DNA from: Candidatus Methylomirabilia bacterium | Lineage (GTDB): Bacteria; Methylomirabilota; Methylomirabilia; Rokubacteriales; CSP1-6 | Direction: 5' to 3' | Assembly: GCA_041497895.1 (NCBI GenBank) | Contig: JBGQHJ010000066.1 | Location: 1-25,463 of the forward strand | Length of the DNA stretch: 25,463 nucleotides | Shown here: in pieces, positions 24,742-25,463 of the stretch | Layout of the letters: each line of letters opens with the position of its first letter | How positions within the stretch are numbered: position 1 is the first letter of the stretch | Notes under the pieces: generated by a model | Database searches by the model: none | Told to the model about the DNA's origin: nothing | What the model saw: the letters and a program-made list of their open reading frames with translations, nothing else | Translations under genes and position numbers: made by a program

Positions 24742-25341
24742 ATGAGGGCGTGCCACCCGGCAGGGCTCCTGGTGGTGGCCGCGCTGGCGGCCGGGTGCTT
24801 CACCATGACTGCCTCGCAGAACCGGAGCCTCGACGAGGTGCGCGCCTTCGCCGACGACACCGCCCGGACCTACGGCCTGCCTCCCATCCACGTGCTGGTG
24901 AGCCACAACCCGGAGAGCCCGGTCGGCTCGTATCGCCGCGGCTTCTTCGCGGTCAACCAGCTCGTGCTGCGGTCGGAGTTCCGCGACGCCATCGTGGCCC
25001 ACGAGCTGGCCCACTACGTCCTGGGCCACGACGCGGCGCTGGCCGCCGCCACCCCCGAGGCCCGCCTGATCGAGCGCCAGCAGCGCGAGCTCGACGCCAA
25101 CGCCAAGTCGGTGGAGATCCTCACCCGGGTGCGCGGCGTGCCCGAGGACCAGGCCCTGCGCATGGCCTACAGCTACCTGCTCAACGTCCACCGGCGCCTG
25201 CAGCGCTCCCCCGGCGAGGATCTGCTCGGCCACCGCCCCCCCTGCGAGGAGATCGCCGACCTGCTGGCCCGGTATCCCGCGCAGCTCACCTGGACTGCGA
25301 GACTCGAGTGCGCCCCGCACCGGGCAGCGGTGGGCGGATAG
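24742..25341 (+). CDS. M48/M56-like zinc metallopeptidase lipoprotein
   Basis: 199 aa; lipobox LAAG-C; AIVAHELAHY (HExxH); distal ELDA candidate third zinc ligand; GHRPPCEE resembling the M48 THP motif. Confidence 0.82.
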   Translation: MRACHPAGLLVVAALAAGCFTMTASQNRSLDEVRAFADDTARTYGLPPIHVLVSHNPESPVGSYRRGFFAVNQLVLRSEFRDAIVAHELAHYVLGHDAALAAATPEARLIERQQRELDANAKSVEILTRVRGVPEDQALRMAYSYLLNVHRRLQRSPGEDLLGHRPPCEEIADLLARYPAQLTWTARLECAPHRAAVGG

Positions 25342-25384
25342 ACAGCCCGGGAGCCCGCATGGTATAAAGATGCGTTCTCGTTAC

Positions 25385-25462
25385 GGGCTCGTGGTGCAGC
25401 CTGGTTAGCACACTGGACTGTCAATCCAGAGGTCGCGGGTTCAATTCCCGTCGAGCCCGCCA
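25385..25462 (+). tRNA. tRNA-Asp (GTC)
   Basis: Acceptor GGGCTCG/CGAGCCC, D arm GTGC/GCAC, anticodon arm CTGGA-CTGTCAA-TCCAG, T arm GCGGG-TTCAATT-CCCGT, discriminator G, encoded CCA; TGGTATAAA upstream. Confidence 0.97.
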
Positions 25463-25463
25463 A

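Noticed and set aside
25173..25463. 96-aa minus-strand ORF (MAGSTGIEPATSGLTV...)
   Set aside because: Typical antisense translation of a tRNA gene

Overview
Very GC-rich bacterial chromosomal window, densely coding with about 22 CDS and a tRNA-Asp(GTC) at the right edge. The gene style suggests Candidatus Rokubacteria/Methylomirabilota, which is inference only. Contents: a divergent ketol-acid reductoisomerase; an FAD oxidoreductase coupled to a zinc-ribbon/class III cyclase/AAA/TPR protein; a minus-strand run (RND permease and adaptor, cyclase-family hydrolase, small membrane protein, thermonuclease, two stand-alone receivers); DJ-1/PfpI; a metzincin-TPR-TonB_C fusion; an AceE/transketolase-like enzyme; a carbohydrate ABC importer without its ATPase; an IlvD/Edd dehydratase, DAO-family oxidase and ArsC-like operon; a small secreted repeat protein; an M48-like lipoprotein. 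Main findings: (1) the ArsC/Spx-like gene has an in-frame TGA at the first Cys of its CxxC motif followed by a SECIS-like hairpin, so it is probably a selenoprotein that the ORF track splits; (2) a roughly 50-bp palindromic element occurs twice, once in frame inside an ABC permease between perfect 8-bp direct repeats; (3) a small secreted protein with a duplicated 15-aa motif has a three-hairpin leader and lies divergent from a peptidase; (4) several genes look leaderless. No integrase, transposase, CRISPR or phage genes were seen.
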